Below are positions 1 to 11,700 of a DNA stretch of 48,754 nt, piece after piece (position 1 is the first letter of the stretch; each line of letters starts with the position of its first letter). The notes beneath the pieces were generated by a model. The model did not search any database and was not told the DNA's origin. It saw only the letters and a list, made by a program, of their open reading frames with translations. The DNA is from Nemertoderma westbladi (taxonomy: Eukaryota; Animalia; Xenacoelomorpha), in the NCBI GenBank assembly GCA_032718475.1, contig JAUCBJ010006231.1, positions 1 through 48,754 of the forward strand, written 5' to 3'. The position numbers were made by a program, and so were the translations under genes.

Positions 1-225
1 AACTGAGTGATTTTCCAAGCTTTGTTGCCGTAACTGTCGCTGTCAATGGGTACAGAAGTGGGCAACAGTGTTGTCAGCGGGCTGCATAAGCAGGTGTGCT
101 GGTGTCAAGGCAAACTGAGATTGTTTGTTGTCTGGAATCAAAGCGATGGGTCTAGTGTTCAGTACCGCTTCGATTTCTATCTACAACGTAGTCAGTTGGT
201 TGTCTGTTAATATGCGTTGGTTGGT
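1..225 (-). pseudogene. Pao integrase C-terminal fragment
   Basis: Manual translation LTDNQLTTL*IEIEAVLNTRPIALIPDNKQSQFALTPAHLLM, then after a frameshift DSYGNKAWKITQ; matches the equivalent stretch of ORF 7904..8656. Confidence 0.85.
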
Positions 226-552
226 CTCCACGGTCTTACCTTTACCGTCAGCAATCAATGGGTTGACCTGTAGTAATGGTTTCAACTCTACGGGATCAGT
301 ATGTTCCTGTGGACTTGTAAGTCTCCTAACCTTAGTCGCACGTTTAGCCGTAGGCTGTAAGTCGGGTATTCTCCTTGATCGTAATACCTGTAACTAGATT
401 TTGATGGGCACAACCCATACTTGTAATACCTGTAACCACACCATTGTCATGGTGACTCAAGGAAGTCAAAGTAGGTAAGTTGGTAATACCTAATTCATTA
501 ATACTAGTCCGCTCCAATGGAGTAATTGTAACGTTATAGTACATATCATTAC

Positions 553-1000
553 ATTCTGGTAGAATGTCTGGTGAATGGTCTGGTAGACTGTCTGGTGAGA
601 TGTCTGGTGAAACATATCGCAGAACATCCGGCGAAATGTTCTGTTGTACATTCGGTAGAAAGTCTGGCGTAACGTCTGGGCAGAATGTCTGGTCTAATAT
701 CTGGTTGACAGTCTGGCGAGATGTGTGGTGGAAAGTCCGGTTGACAGTCTGGCGAGATTTCTGGTCGAAAATCTGGGGGTAAATCCAGCGAAATGTCTGG
801 TGGAAAATCCGGTGAAATGTCTGGTAGACAATCGGTCAAAAGATCCAGAAAACAGTCTGGCGAAGAATCCGGAGAATAATCTGGTGGACAGTCTGGCGAA
901 CAGTCTGGTGAAATCCCCCACGAACATCCGGCGAAAGATTCATTGGAACATCTGGTAGAATGTCTGGTGAGACTTCTGGCGTAATGTCTGGTGGAGTGTC
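553..1000 (-). repeat. Degenerate 12-bp tandem repeat encoding (P-D-x-x)n in the RNase H-integrase linker of element A
   Basis: Recurrent ATGTCTGGTGAA-like units; ORF 549..839 reads PDISPDFPPDIS...PDCQPDIRPDIL. Confidence 0.85.
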
Positions 1001-1236
1001 CAGGTTTTTAGACTTAACATGTCCTTGTTTCCTTTTGACCTTGGCATTAGCTTTTGCTTTCGACTTGACTACAGTATCGATTTTTATCTCAGCACCTTCT
1101 GGTATTCTGGTATGGTGTTCGATGTCGCGTCGAATAGCAGCGGCCATTCATCCAATGGTCGTTGTAGGAAGTCGGGTCCTTTAAACCAGAAGGATTTATT
1201 GTCCAGTTTACAAAAGTCTATGGGTAACATTCCCCG

Positions 1237-2213
1237 TCACGCGATGTCAGCCGGGTTCAATTGCCCTGGGCAGTGACGCCAGACCTGTTTGAGTGGCCTA
1301 TCTAGTATTTCAGCCCGTCTGTTAGCCACAAAAGTCTTGAACTGAAACGTCTCATTGTTGATGTACCAAAGCACCAACATTGCGTCGGTCCAGTACGTGA
1401 CTTTCAAATTGGCCTCCAGTTCGCGCTGGACTAGACTGATGATGTCGGTAGATGTCGTCCCGGCTTGAAGCTCTCCCCGAGGAACTGTCATATACTTTAG
1501 AGGCATTGTCTTAGCATTTGAGGTAATGAAAGATACCTCGTAACTTTCCGATGTCACTTGTCCACGTAGGTACAAAGTAACCCCCAGACCATCCTTTCTA
1601 GCGTTACTGATGCTGTGAAGCTTCAGATCTGTGTGAAAGGTGGCCTGTAAGGGAAAGTATAACCTCGGGATGGTATAGTCTTGTAGGAACGTCAGTTGGG
1701 CTTCCCAGTCCCTCCATTGCTCGGCTAGCTTTTCTGGGATGGGATCATCCCATTCCAGTCCAGCCTGCCAAATGCTGCGAAGTATGATCCTTGTGTGTAG
1801 GATCACTGGACTGATAAAGCACAGTGGGTCATACAAACGACTCATGGTCGATAAGCAGGTCCTCTTGGTGAAAGGTCTCGTCTGGTAGTTGGTCCTTACG
1901 CACCCCCTAAAGTTGTCGGTGTTTGGGTACCAACTGAGTCCTAGGACTTTGGTCGTAGGCAGAGGTTCTAGGTCTAAATCTACATCACCCCCGCTACGGT
2001 CAGTAGGGTCAAATGAATTCACTAGGTCGGAGTTATTTGAGGCGAATTTGTTGAGGTGAAAGCCGCCCTCAGCGAGAAAGTCCTGGAGTTGGTGTGCCAC
2101 GGTTGTAGCACGCTCCAGAGTGTCGCAGTTCTTGAGGCCGTCATCCACATAGAAATCCCGCTCCACTGTCCGAACCACACCTGGGTCTAATTTGTCGCGT
2201 CGGTCTAAAACTG
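1237..2213 (-). pseudogene. pol: Pao RT C-terminal part and RNase H (element A)
   Basis: ORF 1237..2256 with YVDD and the Pao RNase H motifs; its first ~14 residues come from the inserted LINE. Confidence 0.9.
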
Positions 2214-3055
2214 ATCTAGACTTTGCTGATGACTTAGAATCAGTTGTCAGAATCATTAGAGGGAGCCCAACGGCTCCTCAGCTCATTAGAACATGCTGCT
2301 TCTAGTGTTGGTCTTTTTATTAACTCCAGAAAGACCAAAATTCTGACAGTTAACTTTGAAAGTCCTCAGCAAGTCTCTGATCGGATGAGCATAAGCTCAA
2401 AGGATGGTATGCTTGAGCATGTGGACGACTTCTGTTCCCTGGGATCATGGATCCGGAAGTCAGGTGAGGACCTTCGAATACGTAAGGGAAAGGCATGGGC
2501 TGCCTTGAATAGGCTTTCCAGGTTTTGGAAGTCACCGAGAATTAATCGGAAACTTAAGGTCCGATTATTTAGAGCAGCAGTAGTTCCAGTACTCCTCTAC
2601 GGGAGTCCATGTTGGGCTCTAACTGCTGAGGACACCAAATCTCTGGATGGCACATTCACAAGAATGCTACGCCGGGTTCATTGTGTCAAGTACAATGCAC
2701 ACATCTCCAACCAGACACTATATAACATTGGAGGTGTCTCATTGGTTCCCCCAAGCTTGACACTAGAACAAAATCGCCTCCGCTTTGCAGGACATTGCTT
2801 TCGCCGTGAGGACCAGCCAGTGCATAATCTTGTACTTTGGCAGCCTCATGGAGTGAATAAGCATGGTGGACAGCCCATGACTTTCTTGAGACGCATCTTA
2901 AAGGACACTGGCCTTATAGATGCGGATGATCTAGCAAATGTCATGGGTGATAGGGAGTTGTGGCGGTGCAATTTTGTTGACAAGCCGGCACAGCATTCTT
3001 AAAAATGCAGCTGCAATACAGCATGCCGATCCTAGTAGTAGTAGTAGTAGTAGTA
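2214..3055 (+). mobile_element. 5'-truncated RTE-clade LINE, copy 1, inserted into the RT of element A
   Basis: Begins at DLDFADDL; ORF 2244..3002 (LGSWI, VLLYGS, RLRFAGHCFRR); (TAG)n tail; 11-bp TSD GTCTAAAACTG at 2203-2213 and 3056-3066; the Pao frame resumes after it. Confidence 0.93.
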
Positions 3056-3220
3056 GTCTAAAACTGTCTGCTTTAGGGCGTACATGGTGCAGTTGGGGCT
3101 GTCCTGGGCCCCGAAAACTCTTACCTGCATTTGGTAAGTTTCTTGCGGAAGGACGGTTTAATGTACATTTCAGTATTTTGTAGTGTGATATGCTGTAGAA
3201 AATTACAAAATTATATTCGT

Positions 3221-3317
3221 ATGACCTTAATCTACTTAGCAACGAAAGTTTTCCTTAGCAACCGGGGTCTTTTAGTCTAACGTCGCGTTTTTAAAGTGAG
3301 AACATGTTTTTTAATGA
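3221..3317. repeat. Outer part of the long TIR of the AcademX-like DNA transposon, split off by insertion of element G
   Basis: 3221-3322 joined to 19261-19393 is the reverse complement of about 20128-20363. Confidence 0.85.
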
Positions 3318-3322
3318 GCTGT

Positions 3323-4494
3323 TGTTCGCGCTTTCAGACCTTTAGCAGTTTAACCTGCCAAATTGGGATGTCTTCTAGATAATAGATCGTCTTTAGCCTA
3401 TGACAAGTATTTGATACACTACATTAGCCGAAGCCAGTCTATGCGCGATCATTCACCCGCTGGATATACCCGGGAGACTGGATTCGGAAGCCTAACCGTA
3501 TTGCGGGGTAGGCCTACTGTATTATTCGACTGATCGTAATATATATAATCTCTGACAAATATTATTCACTTTCGGGAAATATTAACAGTTCCTTTAGGAC
3601 GTGGCGCTTTAAATATATAAACAGAGTTATGACTTAAACTAGACACAACGGGATGGCTATAGATTCACGTATATGGCGCATTCTTTAGGAGATGCTTTGT
3701 TATCAATCACAATCATACACAATACTGCACAATGCTGCACACTAATCTGCCGACCTTCACTAATTTTAGTCACATATAAGGAGAACAACAGACAATACGT
3801 GTAGGGCCTATAAAATAGCATTAGATTCACTTCAAACCACTTAATGTAAGTCGCAATCGTTATATGTATCCGGTCTCTCTAACCTTTAGTATATCAAGAA
3901 GATTGGGGTGTCTGGTTATTTATCAGTATTCCAAATATAATATTCCATCAACAAATATAATGAATAACCGACAGTAAATAGCAGTACAAAGTTTAAGGTA
4001 TGAATGCAGAATTGGTATGAGATATGTTAAGTGAGTGAGTGAATGAGATAACAGATATACGTTCTATAATTAAGCCTACTAATGTTGAGCTAAAGACTGA
4101 AACACGGAGGTTCCAAAGCCGATGTTGTAGGCTGTGGACAAAATCACATACTGACTCAACTCCACGAGTTTCTATATACCATCTCCAACACAGAGGCAAA
4201 AAACGCTCTGATTGGTCGACCGAACAAAGAAGGAACAGAGAACAAAGAACAAGCTCCACGTGTACAGCATCAGCTGTTAACCGTCGTCATGGTAGCTACA
4301 CTGTTTCAAGAGGATCTGGCGTATTGCGTCATAGAATTGCTAATTATGTCCGTTAAAGTACACATACAGAAGAAATGGCTTTTATGTCCTCTAAAACACC
4401 AGTACAGTAAGGACACGGCCTTTTATGCCTGTTAAACCAACTACAGAGTACTTTACGGGGAAAATAACCGGCCAATTCCGCAAAAGCCTTTACA
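3323..4494 (-). repeat. 3' LTR of element G (1172 bp)
   Basis: Direct repeat of 18074-19255; about 7 substitutions and one 10-bp indel by eye. Confidence 0.97.
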
Positions 4495-4502
4495 CCGCTC
4501 CC
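4495..4502 (-). other. Polypurine-tract-like sequence before the 3' LTR of G
   Basis: Minus strand reads GGGAGCGG|TGTAAAGG. Confidence 0.6.
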
Positions 4503-4580
4503 AGAAAATGGGATTTAAGTCTATAAAATATAACAAATCACAGTTTCTAAAATATAAAAATACTCTAAACAGTTAGTCTT

Positions 4581-6113
4581 TCATACGCGGACGGCGTTTA
4601 CGCAGTTTTTTGAGGCTAGCAAGAGTCCTTTTCTCTTTGGGGGGAGCCACTTTACTAGGAGGGCTATAAATCCTGGGTGAAGGGTGCAATATGATTGCAT
4701 CAGAAGGTGTAGGATTATGGTCGGGGTATCCGCCGTTTCGATATGCTTCTCCTCGAGCTGATTTTCCTCCGCTCGTAGCTGGATACGTTCATCCAAAAAC
4801 TCTCGCAGAGAATAGGGACGTCCAAGTTCGATAACTTCTTAGAGATTCTGGATTTCCCGATCGAACTGAGATAAAGTTACTTTGTTTGCTGCTTGGACTT
4901 GCTAGTGCAATTTACGTTTATCTGAACAAGCGTAAGTTCCTTTTCTGATCTTTGTAGAATAGCGTCTAACTCATTTGGTACAACGCTCTCCGCCACTTTG
5001 GTGACAGGTTATATCGTGTTAGGCCGGGACGATGGTAAGGGTTAAACGGCGATATTAAATGTCCGCATCCCAATCCGGCTAGGTAGGATGGGCTAATATC
5101 TAGGAAGCCCACAACCGGGGTGCCACCGACTAATTGTTCAGGTAACACTAGATCTTTGAACAGTGAGTACAGCTCGGGAGGATCCGTCATACTAATTGGA
5201 TCAAGAGTCTGAGGTCTCACTAGGGAATGAGGAGGTCTGATCGAGTATTCCGAAACTCTGATCATTGGTTTATTTAAGGATCGTCTGAGTCGAACGAGCG
5301 TAGGTGATACGTCAAACAAATTTCGCTCGAAACTCCCGCCAGTATAGCGAGTAAAACCGTGTTTAGTGCAACGTCTCCGCGGATGTTTATGTCTTTCCGT
5401 TTGTTGGTTGGGTCTTGGGCATTCATCGCAATAATACCAAAAACGCACGTCTTGTAGGGGAAACGCGAGTGATCTTTCTCCAGCTTACAATATTCCTCCA
5501 TCCGTTCGAAGCTATCCGGTACAACAAATATCGGTCGATCGGTGGTAAGATACATCATAGTGGAATAGAGCCGTTTGAGTTCTACCATGCGGTCATGATG
5601 TATACCTTGAGGGTATCGAGTTTCTAGATTCTGCTGACTGGTAATATCGAGATAGGTTTCTCTCAAGAATTCCAGGTATTTGGTGAAGTCGCTGCGTTTA
5701 TCCGGCTCTTCAACATCTGCACTTTCGAGTCAGTTTCAAATAGAATTTTCGTGTTCGAGTCTCAGTTTATCGTTCCGCTTCCGCTGGGTATGATATTTAA
5801 ATAAAACCATTTCCCTTTTGGTGTCTATATCGTTCGTATCGTGTAAGTCGATAGGATGACCAGTAGTTAAGAAGTCCATATACGTACCATTACGATGCGT
5901 ATAGCGAGTGGTGAATTTTCTACAGTCCAACCCACGCGCAAGTTGCTCCCGGGACATTGGTGGTTCGATATAACGACCATCGTCCTCTGTAGTAGTTGGA
6001 CCAGCGTCGCCGCGTATCAAGCTATCAACAAATGTTTGTAAAGGTAGAGTATATCGCTCCCTGATACCAAAATCATCTTCTATCAACTCAATCTGCTATA
6101 TAAGGTTATCCAT
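4581..6113 (-). pseudogene. Decayed extra ORF (ORF3) of unknown function in element G
   Basis: ATG at 6113; one frame MDNLI*QIELIEDD...ENSI*N*LESAD...RETYLD...PYKT, a frameshift near 5448 into RFWYYCDEC..., then further shifts into DERIQLRAEENQLEE. Links ORFs 5736..6086, 5274..5666, 4966..5448 and 4581..4796. Confidence 0.7.
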
Positions 6114-6920
6114 ATTATAATGAGTTTATATTTAGGCGAGCGGGCGTCGCTGCCTACCCCTCTCTGCCCCCGGACAGTGCGAGATCCTCAGCGCTGGTGT
6201 ACTTTCGCCGATGTGCCTATTGCCAACGTCGTAGCTGCACAACGAATACAACAACCAGCACGAGTCACTCCACCGTCCGTCCCAAAGGCTTAGATATACT
6301 TCAGGTTCTTACTGGAGAGTTAGGGCTACTTTCACAATTGCGACTCGCTACTGTAAACACACCTTAGTAGTAACATTCACCTACAAACGCACAAATTCCA
6401 CGTAACTGTCACAAATGGTACACATTCTATCACACATTCGGGTCATTTGTCCGTTAGTCAAGTGCCTTCCAGAATGTCACTTTATTTATTATGTATCCTT
6501 GGATACTAGCAGTGCGCTATTTATTCCCTATGCTATTCAATGGGCAAGCTTTATTGTTCTTTTAACTCACTTCTAATTCTAGCGTGGTTGTTGCCATGGT
6601 GACATTATGGAAAGCTAGCGGTAGAATTAGGGTAATTCTCATGCATACAGATCTGGGATGCTATTTAATAGTAATTCTTTAATTGTCAATATCCTCTCTA
6701 TATATGATTTTATGAATTTTATCGGCTATTGACTATATTGGAGATTCTCGCACACCAATACACTTAATAGAGTGAATCTCCGCTCCCATGATCTATTAAT
6801 TAATGGAATTTTGGGAATGTTATAAATTGTATAAAATGACAATTTATTAAATTCATTGAAATATATGAATTTAAATTTATTCCCGTAAATTTTATTATTT
6901 AATGTTAAATAGACGTAATT

Positions 6921-7215
6921 TTATTCCAGAACGTGTCTGGGGACTGGGATCCTAGATTCTAGGAATTTTGACCTTTTAAGAGTATCGGTAAGTGCTACGA
7001 TATCTTAATCGACTAGAATTTTAAAGGATCTAAAATTTCGACAGATTTTATAAATATTAATAATTAATATTTAGGATGGGCACCAGTTTATTCCAGAACT
7101 TGTCTGGGGACGTTAACCACTGATTCTAGAATTTGTCTTTCAAGTATATCGGTGGGTGCCGCGATATCTTAATCGACTAGAATTACAGATGGTCAAAGGG
7201 TTTAACAGATTTATT
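6921..7215 (-). repeat. Two diverged ~167-bp tandem copies with conserved stem-loops
   Basis: TTATTCCAGAAC...GATATCTTAATCGACTAGAATT at 6921-7020 and 7088-7184. Confidence 0.85.
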
Positions 7216-7729
7216 TGCGTTGTACGCCACTGTTAAAGGGACATCACGCTACTATATGTATTATTCAATATACGGTATGAGAGCAATATCGCACGAAGCA
7301 ATGTCAGTGAGAAGAGGCAAGTCGTTTCCAAGGTCTACCCAGAGCTTGGTTTAGCCGAGACACGAGGATCTGAATTTTGCATTCCTAATACTCTGCTTAC
7401 CAATAATACTTAAATATAGTAGGAGCTTTATTGTACTTTAATAAGTACGGATATGTCATCTTACTGTAGTTACGTATTTGTAATGTAATACGGACAGTAA
7501 GGAAGGAGAAAAAGAATTATTTCTCGCCGTCGCACTAAATATAATATATAAGTAATTAAGTAATAAACGCGAATATATATTGCACTAATCTACTAAATAA
7601 TCGCTAAAATAACATTCTACTAAATAAAATTAAAGAAAACGATTATAATAAAATTACATAATAATATATACATAAATATAAAAGAATAAAAACAAATACA
7701 ATATAGTCATACACCCACTCCAGCCGTTG

Positions 7730-8791
7730 TTAAGTTGGGGAGTCCCTAGATGTTTGTTGGATTACGGAGGTGGTCGTGGGAAGAGTATCTTGCCTTCCAT
7801 AGTTTCCGGAGAGTTCTCTGTCTCTTTCCAATAAACATAAGCGACCAACTGGGCGATTGAGCTGCTGTGTCTCGAAGACAATTCCCGGTTTCTTGAAGTT
7901 ACGTCACATGACGACGAGTTCTACCGATCGCCCCAAACCGTCATCCGAGATGTGAGTCTCGATGATACGACCTGTCTGCCACCGCTTACGTGGAAGATCT
8001 ACATCCACAATAAGAACCATGTCTCCAGCGCTGACGTTTTCTTGCTGCGCAAACCACTTAGTTCGAAGTTGTAGCATGGGCAGATAATGTTTTTCGAAAT
8101 GGTCAGCGAAATGACGGGATAACAACTGCTTGAGTTGCCAAGTTTGCCTGCAGTATTCGTCTCCGTCTGTGATTTCCGATTGTGGGAGCATGGCTGCAGG
8201 TTTCTTCAGTAGGAAGTGCGCGGGTGTTAGCGCTTCCAGGGAATCGGGACTCGATGAGACTGGCATAAGCGGTCTCTCGTTGAGATAGGCGGCGATTTCC
8301 TCCATTAACGTCCGCAAAAGTTCGTCGGTGAGATACGCGCGGCAAGGCACTATAACGTGAAATGCGGTCTTCACACTTCTTATTAATCTCTCCCAACTTC
8401 CTCCCCACCAAGGGGCGTCGGCGGCGTTGAAGGTCCAGCTAGACGCTGTTACTCGTAGCTGATCGTCCACCTGTCTTTGGTTCCAATCTTTGACGTAAGC
8501 TTTGATTTCATTGTTGGCACCAATGAAGTTTGTTCCCTTATCAGATCTCATCGTGTTACTAGTGCCAAAGCGAGCGATCTGTCGTCGTAAGCTTAATAGA
8601 AAGCTGTTGGTAGATAAATCGTTCACCATGTCGAGATGGATAGCTCTACAAGTCATACAAACAAAGATTACACACCATCTCTTGACTATAGTCCTAGCAC
8701 GATATACTTCAATAGGGCCAAATAAATCTACACCGGTATTAGTAAAGGGTGGTTCATAGAAGCTTACTCGTTCCCTAGGTAATTCTGCCTC
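7730..8791 (-). pseudogene. pol: Integrase core and C-terminus of element G, same frame as pol, two premature TGA codons
   Basis: After TGA at 8792: EAELPRERV...TGVDLFGP...SDKGTNF...GGSWERL (DDE). After TGA at 7904: LNRPVGRLCLLE, ending with TAA at 7730. Confidence 0.93.
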
Positions 8792-11700
8792 TCACTGTGT
8801 TAAAGGCCTACTGAATGCTTTCCTACAGGGTATGCAGTTCCTAAGAACTTGGTTCAGAGCTCTACGGGGTTTATAAAAATAATAGCGAGTTCGAATTTCG
8901 CTAAGAACTCGTTCTCTACCAGCATGATAAAGTTTGCTGTGAACGTCTACAATCATCTTGACTTGTATTTCAAGATTTCTAATGAGTATGGGAAACTTAG
9001 TGTCAAAGGATAATGGAGCATTCGTTAATCTTCCTCCAACACGTATCAACCCATCTATCATTGTGCTAGAGAAACGATCCCTTAAGCGCATCTGTGGATT
9101 TCTCAACAACAGGAAATACTTATCGGAATCCTCATAGCATTGCAGGAGTCTCAGCATCTGCTTGTTGGTTTCTTCATGCTCCTGATAACTGATCTTCTCC
9201 TTCAGAAACCTGTCGGATATCTTATATTTGGGAAGATCTTTAATAACATGGACCTGCACCGATGTTATTGGAGCGATATCACTTTTGGTCTTCATCCCGG
9301 AGTAGTGATGGTGAAAACATCTCTTTAAATATGTAACGGCCTTACAGAGCCGATTCCAGGAACTGTAGTGATGTATCGCTCTCTGCAGAAGAGGTGAGAG
9401 TCCTTGCGAGACGTCTGGTATTCCAGATTTCCAATCCTTCTCACGGATTTCCACAACAAGTTTATTTGTGGCTGTGGGTTTCTGATCCAAAGCGTCGTCT
9501 CCGGAAGTATGTAGTACAGACAGATCTACCGTGGGTTTGAATAACTTCGATTTACTCGCCCGAGTTTTAGGTTTGACTTTCTCCGCTCCCTTGGCCTGTC
9601 TAATCTCTGTGGTAGTAAGATGAGGAGGCCATTCTTCTTCTTCTTTGTAGAGGAAGTCGGGTCCACCTAACCAGTCTGGAGTATCTACCAGTTCTTGTGG
9701 AGTTGCTCCCCTGGAAGCGATGTCTGCTGGATTAATCGTTCCGGGGCAATGTCTCCATTGATCCATCGTTGTGCGACTGAGTATAATGGCTACTCTGTTG
9801 GTAACGAAGACGCTGAACTGACAGACTTCATTGGTTATATACTCCAACACGAGTAAAGCATTGGTCCAATAGACAGTTTTCTCCAGTGGATAGTCGATCT
9901 GTTCTGTTACATTCCGGCCGATGGCTGTAGCGTATAGAGCCGCTTTTAACTCCGCTCGAGGAACTTTCAACTTATTGTTTATCAATGCCTTAGAAGTAAC
10001 CAAGGCGACTTTGATTCCGTCCGGAGTTTCCACCCTTAGGTAGGCTACTATACCTATTCCCACATCGCTGGCGTCTCCAAACACATGGAGTTGATAGGAA
10101 TACGTAGGGAGAACATGACCAAAATATGAACGGGAAATTATAAAGTTCTCGATGGCTGGTAGAGAATCTTCCCATTTCATCCACATCTTTAATAATTCTC
10201 CCTTAAGTGGATCATCCCATGAGTGGTTTTCAAGCCACATTTGTTGTACTAAACTCCGAGCAATCAATATAACTGGGCTAATAAATCCCAATGGATCGAA
10301 ATAAGTGCTCAGGATACTTAAACAAATCCATTTAGTCCGAACTGGATTATCTCGCTGTTTTAGTTGGAAAAACAGGATATCTCTTTCTGTGTCCCATTTC
10401 AAACCAAGGGTCTTAGTTTCTGGGAGATCATCTTTTATTAGATCCAGGTCTTTCGCTCCTCGATCTTCTACCGGGATCGACTCCAGAAACTCACGGGAGT
10501 TGCTGGTGAATTTAGTTAATCGAAATCCACCTCTTTTTAAGCACTCTACCGTTCCTTTAGCGACGTCAATGGCTTCTTCGACTGATGGAAGGGACTTTAG
10601 ATTGTCGTCCATGTATATATCAAGCTTGATGTTGTCAATCACTTCTTTAGAGAAGGCGTCTCGGTTGTCATCCGCAGTGGTGCGCACCACTGAACAGGCG
10701 TTTGAAGGGCTTGAGATTATCCCAAAAGCCTGGATGGTCATCCAGTACTCCACCGGTTTCTGGTTGAGGTGTCCTTCAGGCCACCACAGAAATCGTAGGC
10801 TATCTCGATCCCTATCCAGCGCCTTGACTTGTAAGAACATGCCTTCTATATCTGAGGCGAAAGCGATTGAATATTGTCTTAATCTTAAGAGTATTCCCAA
10901 CAAGGATTGGAGTAAGTTGGGTCCGGGTAACAATTCAGAATTAAGGGATTGGCCCATATAGAGGGCGGAACCGTCAAACAGCACTCGTACCTCATGGGGT
11001 TTACCGGGTTTGGGAACATAATGGTGAGTTAAATAATACGTTCTCTCAGTTATAGGTGTTTCTTTCGGTACTAGCTCCGCATATCCCTTGCTAATAAATT
11101 TCTTCAACTGCGTTTGATACATTTCTTTAGCTGAAGAATTTGCCGTAAGGCGTCGATGTAGTTGAGCAATCCTTTTCTCCGCCAAGGGTCTGTTGTTTAC
11201 GAAATTTGGTTCTCGCTTTCGGAAAGGTAGACCGATCTCATATCTACCTTGATCTTTAAGAAAACGTGTAGTTGTCTCTTGGATCTGCTTGGCTCTTTCT
11301 TCCTCTACCGATAGGGCCTTATCGTAGGAATTGGGCTCTACAGCCTCTTGAGTAAAGAATCGTACGGCGTGTTCATCCCGAGTCTTGGCATTATAACGTT
11401 CAATGACGTCATTAAGCTCTTCGTTATAATCGTCTCGTTCTGATGGAAGAAGGAGCTGACATAAGTTCACTTGGTTTTGCCAAGTCTCGTTTTCCTTAAG
11501 GAGATCGATGGTATTCTCCTTGTCGAAAAGTTGGTGGACATCGTCATTATCTGAGGAGTATGGTGTTCCCTCAGTTGGATCGTCTAACTCACTGCCCTCG
11601 ACTTCCCATTCTCTTACTTGATATACCTGGTCTTTTGGTAATCTTTCCATGAGAGTTCTACGGGAAGGGCCAGTAAAGTACCAACCCACTCTAGTTCTTC

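Larger units (their letters stand above)
1..3165 (-). mobile_element. Degenerate BEL/Pao retrotransposon fragment A (RT, RNase H, linker, integrase C-terminal part); runs off the window start
   Basis: Minus-strand motifs YQMQVRVFGAQDSP (3067-3136), DFYVDD, LYDPLCFISP, VPRGEL, WTDA, NPADIA, WFKGPDFL and, near 60-225, IEAVLNTRPI...ALTPAHLL. Contains stops and frameshifts. Confidence 0.92.

Noticed and set aside
2214-2256. N-terminus MILTTDSKSSAKSR of ORF 1237..2256
   Set aside because: Antisense LINE sequence; the true Pao frame continues at 3067-3136.
3993-4356. ORFs inside the LTRs (also 18667-19117, 24629-24835, 31074-31340)
   Set aside because: Duplicated only because the LTRs are; no domain motifs; broken or altered by LTR indels.
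4581-6113. ORF3 as an env gene
   Set aside because: No signal peptide, fusion peptide or convincing transmembrane anchor is visible.
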